This document shows positions 25,566 through 38,559 of a DNA stretch of 64,000 nucleotides, piece after piece. Position numbers and translations under genes: made by a program. The stretch covers positions 45,262,001 to 45,326,000 of the forward strand of contig NC_058368.1 in assembly GCF_018350175.1 (NCBI RefSeq), in the 5' to 3' direction. The DNA is from Felis catus (Eukaryota). Each line of letters opens with the position of its first letter. Within the stretch, counting starts at the first letter, position 1. Under the pieces are notes generated by a model that was not told the origin of the DNA, made no database searches, and saw only the letters and a program-made list of their open reading frames with translations.

Positions 25566-25567
<2 letters not shown>

Positions 25568-25596
<29 letters not shown>
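25568..25596. repeat. (TG)14 microsatellite
   Basis: Direct inspection. Confidence 0.97.
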
Positions 25597-25598
<2 letters not shown>

Positions 25599-25665
25599 CC
25601 AATAAAACCTTGGTTTGAAAACATTATTAGTTTTGGAAACATGCTTGAAATCCAAAGCACTTTTA

Positions 25666-25887
25666 GGGGCGCCTGGGTGGCTGAGTTGGTTAAGCATCCG
25701 ACTTCGGCTCAGGTCATGATCTCACGGTTCGTGAGTTCGAGCCCCGCATTGGGCTCTGTGCTGACAGCTCAGAGCCTGGAGCCTGCTTCACATTCTGTGT
25801 CTCCTTCTCTCTCTGCCCCTTCCCTGCTCATGCTGTGTCTCTCTCTGTCTCAAAAATAAACATTAAAAAAATTAAAAAAAAAAAAAA
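25666..25887 (+). mobile_element. SINEC_Fc2-like SINE
   Basis: Full body; perfect 19-bp TSD GAAATCCAAAGCACTTTTA at 25647-25665/25888-25906. Confidence 0.97.
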
Positions 25888-26189
25888 GAAATCCAAAGCA
25901 CTTTTATATCAAAGTGAATTTCAAGAAACTTTGGCTCAGTTGTGATCATGTGACTTTCGGCATCATGTACTATTTACATTGCAAGACATCACTCATTTAT
26001 CAAATTAAAGTTTACTACAAATGTTTGCTCATCTTGTGGAACACATGCAGAACAAGATACTCGCAATCCAAGGTTTTATTGTATATACATAAATGTGTTT
26101 GTACATATACACACATAATACATTTGCATATATACAGCCTTACACTAAAGTTATATTGTAAATATTCTAAGTAAATTAATTAAAGAAGA

Positions 26190-26429
26190 TTTTTTATTTT
26201 TAAAATTTACTTATTTATTTTGAGAGAAAGAGACCACATGCACAAGTGCATGGGGGAGGCAGAGGAGCAGAGAGAGAGGGAGGGAGAGAGAATCCCAAGC
26301 AGGCTCTGCTCTATGCCATCAGCACAGAGGCCACTGCAGGGCTTGATCTCACAAACCAAACTGTGAGATCATGACCTGAGTAGAAATTAAGAATCAGAAG
26401 CTCAACACACTGAGCTGCCCAGGCACCCC
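26190..26429 (-). mobile_element. CAN-SINE (older type)
   Basis: Poly-T, AG-rich tract, gagatcatgacctgag, head ending cccaggcacccc. Confidence 0.93.
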
Positions 26430-27189
26430 AAATTAGGAAAGACTTAAATAAATAGATCATTTTAGCACTGAGACCTTCCTACCTAGTAAGTATAAAACTG
26501 ACAACAAAAATATGAACTAGAAGATGGTGTCTATATCTTGAATCTTTGAATACCGCAACTATTCCCTGAAAAAAAATAGGCACACATATGTATGTATATA
26601 AATATATGTCACCTCATATATTTCCTCAGTTGATTACTTTGCATGTTAAAAGTAAACTTATACAGATATTAACAGGCACTTTTCTTTTTGAAAATGCTGA
26701 CTCTATTTATGTGGCTCTCAATCATGATCCAGAAGAGGGCAGATGGTTAGGATATGTAAATTTGATTGAAGACATCTTTCCTTCATTTATTCTTTCTTTT
26801 AAGTTATTAAGATTTTTGGTTAATCAGGTTCCCTTATGAAGAACAAACTTGTCCCTCCTATAGAATAACATGACTCATAAATCTGGCGTAAGTGCATATG
26901 GCTATCCTTTTCACTACATATATACCTAAAATTGATTAAGAAGGAATGCAAATTTTGATTGAACAACCATGCTAGAATTGAATGGTTGCACAGAAATGAG
27001 TTTTGTTTAATTAATTCAAAAACACTCAGATATTACCTGTGAATTAAATGAGCTAAAATCACAATGTAAATACCTTATAAACACTGCATATGTTTGAATT
27101 ATGGCTTCATGCATATAATGCATAAAGTCTAAAAATTGATCTATCATATATCTTCTAAGGTACTACTTAAGAATTTGGTCAAAGGTATA

Positions 27190-27232
27190 TGTTAATTAAC
27201 TAATTGGAATTTAAATAAAATTTGAAGAGAAA
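27190..27232 (+). mobile_element. Ultra-short L1 3'-tip insertion
   Basis: tgttaattaactaattggaatttaaataaaatttgaagag matches the L1 termini at about 11450-11485 and 43585-43620; flanked by aattt(gg/ac)tcaaaggtata direct repeats. Confidence 0.75.
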
Positions 27233-27483
27233 AATTTACTCAAAGGTATACTACTTACAAGTATAAGCTGGAAATGAAAAACAAAGTTACATCAGCATTA
27301 AAATATTGCTTATATATAAATATATATTCTTATCTAGATGTTTTATATCTAACTAGAAATGTCCAAAGTAATCTAGAACAAAATCACTTAACTTTTGAAA
27401 GTTACTCATAACATAAACAATATAAATTAAAATGCTGTGCCACTTTTTTAAGGAGCTAAGCAGAATACTCATTCAATGTAATT

Positions 27484-27487
<4 letters not shown>

Positions 27488-27521
<34 letters not shown>
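27488..27521. repeat. (GT)17 microsatellite
   Basis: Direct inspection. Confidence 0.97.
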
Positions 27522-27522
<1 letters not shown>

Positions 27523-28477
27523 TGGAAAATTTAATGAGTACCATCTAGAGGTTACCATTATACTTCATAAAATGAGGAAGGAGAGGTTTGGTTATATTTA
27601 TCTGATTATAAATTAGTACAATTAGTATTAATTGTACATAGTTGGAGAATTATAGGGTTTAGTAAGTTTGTAGATATTAATAAAGTAATAAAGGAATTTT
27701 TGGTACTAGATAATTCCACATTATATTTTCAGATTCATTGGATACAATGCTTATAAGTCAAATGTTGAAAATTTATTTTAGAAAATTACACTTACCCACT
27801 TAGAATTTATAGAATTATTCAGGAAGTAGTTTATACATATCTACTACAAAACTGACATACAAACACCAAAGTGGTTCTAAAAGGGAAAAATATAAACACA
27901 TTTGCATAAGAAATTTAATTATCCTGACACCAGAAAGGAGCATTTTGGAGAGAAGTAGAGCTGTGATTCTTCTCCAGGTGTTATTATTAACAACACTACA
28001 ATGTATTAGCTTCAGGACACAAGTAATCATTCTGCTAAGTATATAAATTACCATGTTTTATTCATACTAGCAGATACAGGTATAAACAGAATTTTCCCTG
28101 TTAACTTATTTCTAACTCATTAGTACACATTTTTTTGTACCTTCAGAGTTCATACAGAAACAGAAAAACAAAGCCCAAATCTTGGTTTGATGGGTTTTGT
28201 TATTTTTAAAAAGCCTATCAGCTACTTTAGGAAGGACCTACTCTTCTCTGTTTCTCACATGCAGGGAATAATCTGGTTCCTATAAAATTCATTTGTCATT
28301 TGTCAAAGAACACCTAAGATGTCTTATCATATGAAAGAATTTTCATGTTTAAACTGAAGGAATCCTCAGCCCTCAAAAAATATATTCTAAACTGGTAACC
28401 CTATTAAATAACAGAGGAATAACAATTATGTTTAATTATAGTATAAAATAATATAGCCTATAAAAGTGTTTCTACTT

Positions 28478-29390
28478 CACAACTCCAGACTTACATAGCC
28501 AACTGAAAATTCAACATCTATATTTAGATGTAAGAACATTAAACTATTACTTTTTGTCTAAACCCTCACATTTTGTTCAAAAGCTACAACCATCCACTCT
28601 TCTCTATTAATGGCAAGTCCATCTTTCTGTACTTGGGCCAACCACTTGTAGTTGATATTAAACCTTCCAACTATACATCCATTCCACAAAATAGCCTTTT
28701 ATTCTTTTTAATTTATTCCATAACCAGTCTCCACTGATAACTTACATCACTTCCACCAGGCCCTCCAATGCTCAATTTTTATCTGATTCTTGGATTAGTT
28801 TTCACAATTGGTATATCTGCTTTTGGTTTGCCCTGAAATCTGATGTCTGTCTAATACAAAGATCTACTAAATATACACTCAAGATCATGCCACTGCTCTT
28901 CTCAAAATCTTCTAATAATTTTGAGTCTCTGAAGCCCTTGTCAAGTCCTTTAAAAAAATCATGAACTAGAACCTGCTATCTGTTTAGCCCCTCTTGCTCA
29001 CTGCATTTCAGACACTCTAACCTCTTTCTTTGTCAGCCTACATTCAACAAGCATGTTTCATCCCAAGGAATTTTTAGTTGTTCTTCCCTCACTTAGAATG
29101 CACTTTAGATATTCACATGGCTCAATCCCACACTTTCTTCAGAATCTACTCATATGCCACATCACTACAGAAGTTTGCACTGAATAACCTATATAGAAAA
29201 GCAATATCTTTACTATAATTTTTATTATCCTTATCTAATTTTAAAAGTACTTTAAACATTAATGTAACATGTATATGAATTTGTCTATTATTTCTCTTCT
29301 CTTACCTACAGTGTAAGTTTCAGTGGACCACAAGTCTGTCACTGACAGTGTCTTACTTATAACAGGGCCTCAAATATTCTTATTTGAATC
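28478..29390 (+). mobile_element. L2a-like LINE2 3' region
   Basis: actccagacttacatagccaactg...gatcatgccactgctcttctcaaaatcttc...ttgctcactgcatttcagacact...cagtgtaagttt...ctcaaatattcttatttgaat. Confidence 0.75.
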
Positions 29391-29437
29391 AGGTAAACTT
29401 GAAGGTACAAAGATGAATGGAGCACAGTCCATGTAGT

Positions 29438-29438
29438 C

Positions 29439-29470
<32 letters not shown>
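29438..29470. repeat. (CAA)11 microsatellite
   Basis: Direct inspection. Confidence 0.97.
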
Positions 29471-29471
<1 letters not shown>

Positions 29472-30167
29472 TAACTTCAAGGCAATACTTCTCTTCCATT
29501 ATTTTTCCCCAATTTGATCATTCTAATAAATGAGCCAATGAACAAAATATATACAGAAAAAACTGTAATTCACTCAATAATTTAATCTTTAGAGAAGTGT
29601 GTTATGTGTCATGAAATAAATGCCAAGTTAGCAGGCATTGCATTAGTCAAACATAATCTAAATATATATTTCTTATAATTTTTATCTATTAATAAGTGCT
29701 AGATTATTCGGGATAGAGTTTTTGCATTCAGAGAAGCACCTGTATTCTATCCCAAGGGTAAAGAGTTTATAAGAAAACAATTTTAAAATATCTTAAATAT
29801 TTTAGCACTTCCAATGAGACAAGGTGGCTCAAATACAAATAAGTATCTGTGTTCCATCAATAAACTCCATTATAAAGAAGACAAACTCATAAATCCACAA
29901 TAATAAAATGAATGAGAAGGAAAAAAAAGATCAGAGAAAGGGAAAAGAAAATCAATAAATGAATAATAACTGTCAACAAAAATGGTAAAAGCAGGATGGT
30001 AATAATTGGGTGGGAAAGGTATACAATTATCATAAACTGCTATGTGCAGAACTGAAATCCAAAGCAAAATGACAATTCCTCTTAGAAAATATTGAGCAAG
30101 TTAATTAAATCTGAAGACATCAGGCTTATTTGTTAGTTTAATGTATAGAATTAAAATAGAAGAATCA

Positions 30168-30410
30168 GGGGCACCTAGGTGGCTCAGTTGGTTGAGCATT
30201 CCACTCTTGATATGGGCTCAGGTTGTGATCTCAGGGTTGTGAGATTGAGCCCCTCCACCCGGCTGCCATCAGGCTCCATGCTAAGCAGAGCCTGCTTAGA
30301 ATTCTCTCTTTTCAGAGAGAATTCGCTCTTTCCCTCTTTTCTGCCTCTCCCGCACTCGTACTCTCTTTCTCTCTCTCTCAATATAAATAAAATTAAAACT
30401 TAAAAAAATA
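30168..30410 (+). mobile_element. CAN-SINE (old carnivore type)
   Basis: ggggcacctaggtggctcagttggttgagc head, CT tract and A tail. Confidence 0.92.
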
Positions 30411-30544
30411 ACACAGAAAAATTATATGAAATTCTATACTACAGACAGTGAAATCCCAGTTCCATATCACAAGTCAAATGTAAGCATGCTCTCACCAGGC
30501 TTATTCATCTACTGGTAGAATACATTAAGGTTTCCTTTTAGAGT

Positions 30545-32420
30545 GATACAAAATTAACATACAGAAATCAGTTGTATTTCTACACACTAATAATAAGCTA
30601 TCAGAAACAGAAATTAACAAAACAATCCCATTTAGGATTGTATCAGAAAGAATATAATATATAGGAATAAATTTAACCAAGGAGGTAAAAAACCTACACT
30701 CTGAAAACTATACAACATTGATGAGAGAAATTGAAGATGACACAAAGAAATGGAAAGATATACCATGCTTATAAATTGGAAGAACAGATATTGTTAAAAT
30801 GTCTATACTACCCAAAGCAATCTATAGATCGGTGCAATCCCCATTAAAATACTAATGGCATTTTTCATAAAACTGGAAAAGAAAAAAGGATCCAAAGTTT
30901 GTATGGAACCATAATAGACAATGAATAGCCAAAGCAATCTTGAGAAAGAAAAGCAAAGATAGAAGTATCATGTGTCCTGTTTCAAACTACACTGCAAAGC
31001 TAAATAATCAAAACAGTATGGTACAGGCACAAAAAAAAAAAAAGACACATAGATCAAAAGAATAGAGAACCCATAAATAAATCTAAACATATAAGTTCAA
31101 TTAATCTATGATAAAGACTATACTATGGGGAAATTAGTCTCTTCTATAAATGGGACTTGGAAATGGGAGAGCTACAAACAAAAGAAGGAAACTGGATCAG
31201 TATCTTGTACTTCATACAAAAATAAATTCAAAATGGATTAAAGACTTGAACATAAGACCTGAAACCTTAAAACTTCTAGAAGAAAACATAGGTAGTAAGC
31301 AATTTGCCATCAGTCTTAGAAATACTATTTTGGATCAGTTTCCTCAGGCAAGGGCAACAAAAGCTTACATAAATAAATGGGGTCACATCAAATTAAAGAG
31401 CTTCTGACAGTGCAGGAAATCATCAAGAAAATGAAAAGCAACCTATTTAATGAGAGAAGATGCTTGTAAATCACACATCTGATAAGGAGTTAACATCCAA
31501 AATATATAAAGAATTTACACAACTTGACATAAAAATAAATTTAAAAAATATACAGAGGACTTGAATAAACATTTTTTCCAAAGACCTACTGATGGCAAAA
31601 AGGCACATGAAAAGATGCTCAGCATCACTAGCCATCAGGGAAATAAAAATCAAAACCAAGAGATATCATCTCACACCTGTCAGAATGGCTAGTATCAAAA
31701 AAGACAAGAAATAACAAGTATTAGTTAGGATGTGGAAAAAAGAGAATCATTGTATACTGTTGGTGGGAATGTTAATTGGTGCAGCCACTATGGAAAACAG
31801 TATGGAGAATCTTCAAAAAATCAGAAATAGAATATCCTTACCATCCAGCAATTCTACTTCTAGGTATTTATCCATAGAAAACAAAAAAACATCAATTTGA
31901 TGTGTTCACTGCAACATTATTTACAATAGCCCAGATATGGAGGCAACCTAAAGGTCCATTGATAGATGAAAGGTTGAAACAGATGTGTCACTATTTGTGA
32001 CAACATGAATGGACCTAGAGGGTATTATGCTAAGTGAAATAAGTCAGAGAAAGATGAATAAATATAATATTTCACCTACAGGTGGAATCTAAGAAACAGA
32101 ACAAATGAACAAACAAAACAGAAATATCGATACAAGAAACAAACTTAGTTATTAGAGGGGGAAGGATGAAGGCGGGTGAAATAAGTGAACAAGATTAAAA
32201 GGCACATACTTCCAAGTTATGAAATAAGTAAGTCCTAGGGATGTAATGTACAACATAAGGAATATAATCAATAATGTTGTAATAACTTTGTATGGTGACA
32301 GATGGTAACTAGACTTACTGTGAGGATTATTTCATAATGTATAAAAATATGGAATCACTATGAGGCATATCTGTGACTAATAGAATATTTCATGCCAATC
32401 ATAGTTCAGTAAAAAAAGAA
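30545..32420 (+). mobile_element. L1 (L1_Carn/L1MA-like), 5'-truncated, decayed ORF2 plus 3'UTR
   Basis: Residual ORF2 peptide ([34 protein letters not shown] in ORF 31150-31407); 3'UTR ends at cagtaaaaaaagaa. Confidence 0.95.
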
Positions 32421-32429
32421 ATCAGTCTT

Positions 32430-32740
32430 TTCAGGGGTTTGGAGGAAGAAGGGACAAAGAGATGGAGCATGAAAGATTTTTAGGGCAGTGAAACTACTCC
32501 GTATGATACTTTATTGGTAGATACATGTCATCATGCACTTGTTCAAACCTGTAGAATGTACAAAAGCAAGAATGAACCCTGTAGATTGATCAACTATAAC
32601 AAACATACCGCCCTATAGGGGATATTGACAATGGGGAGGGCCATGAATGTGTTGGAGAAGGTATAATGGGAAATTGGTATATTTTCTGCTCAATTTTGCT
32701 GTCAACCTAAAACTCTAAAAAAACCCAAAGTCTACCTTAA
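32430..32740 (+). mobile_element. L1MC-like 3'UTR fragment
   Basis: gatttttagggcagtgaaactactccgtatgatact...ggggatattgacaatggggaggg...tttctgctcaattttgctgtcaacctaaaactct. Confidence 0.85.
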
Positions 32741-33049
32741 AGAAATCAAACACAACTGACTAGCTCAAGGGAAAAGGACTACAGTTATTCTTACTGACTA
32801 GTCTACCAAGGAAGGGATTTAATTAACTTAGGTCATAGTGAATGAAGTTCACTAGTGGTTTATCACCACTAATTCCAAGCGTCTTCAATATGTTTTATAG
32901 TACATAACTCATATATGATAACGTCAAAATCATTGGATACTTGAAGAAAATCTCCATAATAAAAGGCATAGATCAAACAAACAAAATAACAGAGAAGAAA
33001 GTGAATCAAAGGCAGGATCAGAAGAAGACTTTAAAAACAAAGAGGGGAA

Positions 33050-33261
33050 GGGGCGCCTGGGTGGCGCAGTCAGTTAAGCGTCCGACTTCAGCCAGGTCAT
33101 GATCTCGCGGTCCGTGAGTTCCAGCCCCGCGTCGGGCTGATGGCTCAGAGCCTGGAGCCTGTTTCCAATTCTGTGTCTCCCTCTCTCTCTGCTCCTCCCC
33201 CGTTCATGCTCTGTCTCTCTGTCCCAAAAATAAATAAACGTTGAAAAAAAAATTTTTTTAA
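33050..33261 (+). mobile_element. Young SINEC_Fc
   Basis: Young-subfamily diagnostics (gtggcgcagtc, gggctgatggctc, gtcccaaaaataaataaacgttg); TSD AAAAACAAAGAGGGGAA at 33033-33049/33262-33278. Confidence 0.97.
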
Positions 33262-34089
33262 AAAAACAAAGAGGGGAAAACACAAAATAATGAATGTACT
33301 CAGAGCTGAAATAAGGCATTCAGTCCATTAAGTAATTGCAAGAAGCTTATAACAAGTTGCACTATTTATAAGCTGTTTTCAAGAAATAGGTGCTGTAAAT
33401 TAAATAAATTTTTTTAAAAAATTAATAGAATGTTCCAGAAATTAGAATAATTAAGATTATGGAAAAGAAGAGAGTGAGTGTGTGAAGAAGAAGACAGGTG
33501 AAGGAAAAGAGAGCGGAAGAGAAGGAATGAGAGATGAGAAGGGGAAAGAAAACAACAGAAGAATAGGCATGATTCCAGAAGGTCCATCAAAGTAAAATTC
33601 TAAAAAAAAGTACATACAATTTGTGGTGGATTCATTTATCTACACGGGGGTACAGGGTAGGCATTAAAGTATCAGAACTTCTCAGTAAGGCACCCAAATG
33701 ATTTAATTGAGTACAAGTCAAACTATCTATGGAAAAAATATTTACATTCTGACCCCAGATGTTTTGGTCAGTTTCTGGAAATATGAATGACTTTTTAAGT
33801 ATTTAAATGGACATAAGTCTGTTGAAAAAAATTTTACTTCTTGCTACAAAATAAAAGTTTAGGTTGGCAGTTTAAAAACAATAGCAACACAATGACAAAC
33901 CCTGCACCATACTGGAAATGTTAAGTATGTACATATAAATTTTATTATAATTAAACATACAATGAATTTAAACGTGCTAAAATTTAAACATGACAGGCAA
34001 AACATTTCTCAAAATACTTTTGTTTTAGGTTTTTTCTCATTCACCTGCCTCCCCATTTTGTTAATTTTACTGCTGGCTTCCTTTATTTC

Positions 34090-34308
34090 TTAAATTTGTT
34101 TTTCAATGTTTATTTTATTTTTGAGACAAAGAGAGACAGAGCATATGCCAGGGAGGGGCAGAGAGAGAAATAGACACAGAATCCGAAGCAGGCTCCAGCC
34201 TCTGAGTTGTCAGCACAGAGCCCGATGTGGGGCTTGAACTCACAAACTGTGAGATCATGACCTGAGCCAAAGTTGGACCCTCAACTGACTGAGCCACCCA
34301 GGTGCCCA
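34090..34308 (-). mobile_element. SINEC_Fc2-like SINE
   Basis: TSD TGGCTTCCTTTATTTC at 34074-34089/34309-34324. Confidence 0.96.
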
Positions 34309-34839
34309 TGGCTTCCTTTATTTCAAACTATAACTACAATTTTAAAAATTAAAACTCTTCATTGTTTAAAATTCTTTATGAAGAATATGTTATACTTGTC
34401 AGAACATGAGAAGTCTCTTACTACAAAGTGTTTCCTGTCCTATTCACCCAGTTTCTGCCTAAGATTCATTCAGAAAATGTTCTCCTACAATGCTTAGTAA
34501 GTCCCCAGTGAGTCAAAAGGTCACAAAGAGTTTGGATTTGGCTGAGATCAAGGCCTCCATGATTGTGCAGCTTGCACCTTACACAGAAGCATCTCATTCA
34601 AGGATTCTGTGAGACGCAAATCAGTTTCACTTCCTTTCACTGGGAGCTTTTCATTGGCTTGGAGCTATGTACTTACAGACCAAGGTTTTTTCTGAATTTT
34701 CTGACTAAAGAGAATGTATTTGGAGGAGGCATTTTTCAAGAACCTACATTATTAAAGCAACTATGGCTGAGACATTTCAAAAACAGCTTCTTTAAAATCT
34801 TTGAAATTATTTTTGAACATTAAACAATATTGCATTTTA

Positions 34840-35045
34840 GGAGCACCAGGGTGGTTCAGTTGGTTAAGTCTCTGACTCCTTTTTGGCTCAGGTCACGATC
34901 TCACCATTTGTGAGTTTGAGCCCTGGGTCTAGCTCTGTGCAGACAGCATGGAGCCAGCTCGGAATGCTCTTACCCTCTCTCTCTGCTACTCCCCTGCTTG
35001 CTCTCTATATCTTTCTCAAAATAAATAAACATAAAGTTAAAAAAA
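34840..35045 (+). mobile_element. CAN-SINE (diverged)
   Basis: Head, body and tail present; TSD aata(t/c)tgcatttta at 34826-34839/35046-35059. Confidence 0.93.
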
Positions 35046-36684
35046 AATACTGCATTTTAGTAATGACTGATAAATCTACACTTACACAGTTATCAATCAC
35101 TTATAGAATTATTAGATATATCAGATTCCATTACTTCTATTTTGGATGGTAATTGCAACAACCAGGAAGAGACAGAGATAACCTAAAAGAGAATGGATTG
35201 GAACATTAGTGGGATGGGAAATTAATATTTATTGAACAATTTGGGTTGAATGTTTTAAATACTTTATCTAACATAATGGAAGAAGGGAAACCTACAATTT
35301 GACAGGTAGTATTAGAAATTCATTCAGGAATATTCTGAAAGACTGTGAAATACATAATTAAACTGATTTAAGAGAGCAATTGAATATGAATATTTATAAA
35401 GTAAATAATCAGAAAAAATTAGGGTAAAATGAATTTTAATCCCTTCTCTAGAGAGATTAGCTGCTCCATACCCTATAAATTTATCCCGTTCTTGTTTTAA
35501 GCACTTGAAGAAAATCTCTAGCATTATCTGTTCACATCTTTTTTTTTTTTTTAATAAAAAGAAGCTAAAATATCAAGGGGTCATCACTTAAAATAAAAAT
35601 GTCTGGATCTTGGGGAATTGTTTAGAGTTTTTAAATGTGTTTTATGATAAATCAGAGAGAAGTAATAAATGAAAAAATATTTTAGCTTATGGCAGTTCAC
35701 ATATATGTTCAACAAACCAACATGCTATTATAACAAGTAATTTACTGATTATTTTTCATATATACTTAACTATTAATAAGTTATATTTGAAAACATAACA
35801 GACCTGCATCAGTATTTGAATATAATATTTGTCATCTGTAAATATAACTATAGAATTTAAAATAATATTTTAATTTCAATATTGTACTAAATTATTTAAG
35901 GTTTAGCTTTAATTAAGAAAATGTATGTATTATGAGAGTATCTAACAGCGATGGTTTTTTGTTTTGTTTTGTTTTTCTTTGAACTGATTTATTACCAGTT
36001 TTATAACCAGTTTTTCTTTGAACTGGTTTATGACCAGTTCAAATCATGGTAATATATCCAGATTCAAAATATCTGGAAATAGTTGATTTGTTCATATATT
36101 TCTTCAAATCCCTATGCTTCAGAATCATTAATGGGAACTGCATCTGTTATTCTACAAAATAAAATCCTAGTTGTGTGTTCTTTGGATATTAGAATTATAA
36201 GTAATAAAATTACCTACAAAGAATGTTCCCAGTACCCTGGAATGCTCAGTACTTTACACAGAAAACATGTAAATATCAAAATAACTCTAAAAAATAGTTA
36301 CTCTTTCTTTCTTCTTACAATAAGAAGACTAAATCTTGTGTGTTGTTATATTTTTGCCATCTGATCAGTGGCAATGTCAGGATGTTAACAAAAGACTATT
36401 AAGTTTTGGGTTTTTATCTCCAGTGTAACTAAAATATACACATGCATTACATTCCAGTGGTAATTTTTATGTCTCCTAACTGTGTAAATTAGCATAAGAC
36501 ACCTAAAAGGCTTGGTTCCCTTATGTATCTGGTATATTTTCCAAATAAGGTGTAAATTCTAGAACTAATGTATTTTTACCTTTCTTATTCTTAATAGAAA
36601 GTCCAATGTTTGTTTGTTTTTTAATTCATGCTTCATAATTATCACAAGGGTGACTATATTAGTACCAATAACTGTGTTCCCTGG

Positions 36685-36845
36685 ACTATATATTTATTGA
36701 TACATTTAATTTTCAAAACACTCTTAGAGGGTAGATTCTTTTATTATCACCCACATTTTATAGACGGAGGGAGAGCTTGAATAAATTAACCAAGGTCATA
36801 TACTTAACAAGTCATAGGGTTAGGATTTAAATGTAGCTGTTCATG
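36685..36845 (-). mobile_element. MIR relic
   Basis: tattatcacccacattttatagacggagg...ccaaggtcatatac...ggatttaaatgtag. Confidence 0.7.
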
Positions 36846-38439
36846 ATTATATAGAGAATAATTTTAGAAAACAGAAGTATTAATAACAGAATTAACATGG
36901 TTCAAGAATTCCTTTTATAGGAATATTTTTATCAAAATTTTAGATATATTACATTCTTGACCATGAAATTCAAGAAAACCAAGTCATACCTTCTCTAGTG
37001 TTCTCCATACTTATTTAATATGTTTCTGCTTTAATATATATAGGGGATGACTGAAGTAATGAATAAGTCTAGGCTATAAAAATGGTCCTGAAGGAAATAA
37101 AATAAACAGTATTAGAAAATATGAAACACAAAACTGTTCTAGTGTTAAGGCCAATGGCACATAATGTAAAGAGTTAGAACTAAGGAGAAAAAGAAAAGTT
37201 AAATTATACAATCACTGGACATATAAAATAAATTATAACATCAGAAAACTGTGGAATAGTGGAATGTCTTCCACTATGTGTGACAGTCACTAAATAAGTT
37301 TCAGTGGCAACTTTTTTGGTTTAGTAGAAATTGAAAAATAAAAGTGTACAATGGTAAAATGATTTCTTGAGTTACTAGAATTTAAATCAATATGAGAAAA
37401 ATAAGTTAGATCTTTGTGATAACAGAGTGAAACGGTTGATATTTAAAATTCAAAAAGTGAAATTTACTAGCATTTGGAGACTGTATTTATGCAAAACTAA
37501 ATGAAGGATAATTATAAAAATGCCTATTTTTTTTTCAAAGGTAAAGAGGCTGTTTTAAGATGAGGCTAGGTGTACTACTATAAATAAGCACAAGATATCT
37601 GCAAAGCTTTTAACTAGGTAATGTACGATCAAGGACAAAAGCTAATGATGATTTCCACTTTCAATTTCTTGATACCTCCATTGGAAAAAAATAGAATAGA
37701 CAGATTGTTACACATGACACATATAATTGGATGAAAAAGGAACATTTTAGGAAGTGTTACACATTCAGAGGGAGGTAACAGACAGAGGACGTGCTTTTGT
37801 AGTTATCAGAGCTAGTAGAGTAAAACTGCTTTTTAGAAATATTTTGAAACTTTCATGTGAGAATCACTTTGAGGCATTGTTTGAAAGAGAACCATTGAGA
37901 AATTATTTGCAAAAATATAGTAATAAGAAAACGTAAGAAAGGAAATGTAGATGTTAAGTACCTACATTGTTGCAAGCACTTTATAAGGAATATTTCATTT
38001 AACATATTCATTTAATCCATCTTTATTTAACCTACACAAAAATTCCTAAATATTGTTACTTCCTTTCTATAGTTTTGAGAATTACTATTAAGAGAGCTTT
38101 AAGATCAGACCTGCCGGTTAATGTTTGTGTCAATCTTTGAACCCTGGTATAAATAAGAAAAAACAAGTTATTTTCACTACAACAGTCACATGGCATCAAT
38201 ATTTACTAGTGTTCTGAGGTATGAGAAAACAAAATAAGAACCATTGTACATTTTAAATGTAACAGAGATTAATTTTTGAGGCCAATAAGTTTTGTTTCTC
38301 TTTGTTTCTTATGAAGGACACACCATGATTGTGAGAAGTAAGATACGGTTTTTGTAGAAGTGTTATTAGGGAGATTTTTACAGCTATATCTGGGTCTGAT
38401 TACAAAGAGGAGGAAAAAAATTGCTGAAATACTCTAGGC

Positions 38440-38559
38440 TAGTGGTTCCCATAATTTAGCATGCATCATAATCACTTGGAGCCCAAGAATTTGCATTTCT
38501 AACTAGTTCCCAGGTGAGTTGATACTGCTGGCCTAGGGACTTCACTTTGACAACCAGTG
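38440..38559 (+). mobile_element. MER5A (hAT-Charlie MITE), internally deleted
   Basis: TIRs tagtggtt.../...aaccagtg; aagaatttgcatttctaactagttcccaggtga core; 8-bp TSD CTCT(A/G)GGC at 38432-38439/38560-38567. Confidence 0.88.

Noticed and set aside
31150..31407. ORF with L1 ORF2 peptide
   Set aside because: It is a fragment of a dead, truncated L1 with many disablements, not a functional CDS.
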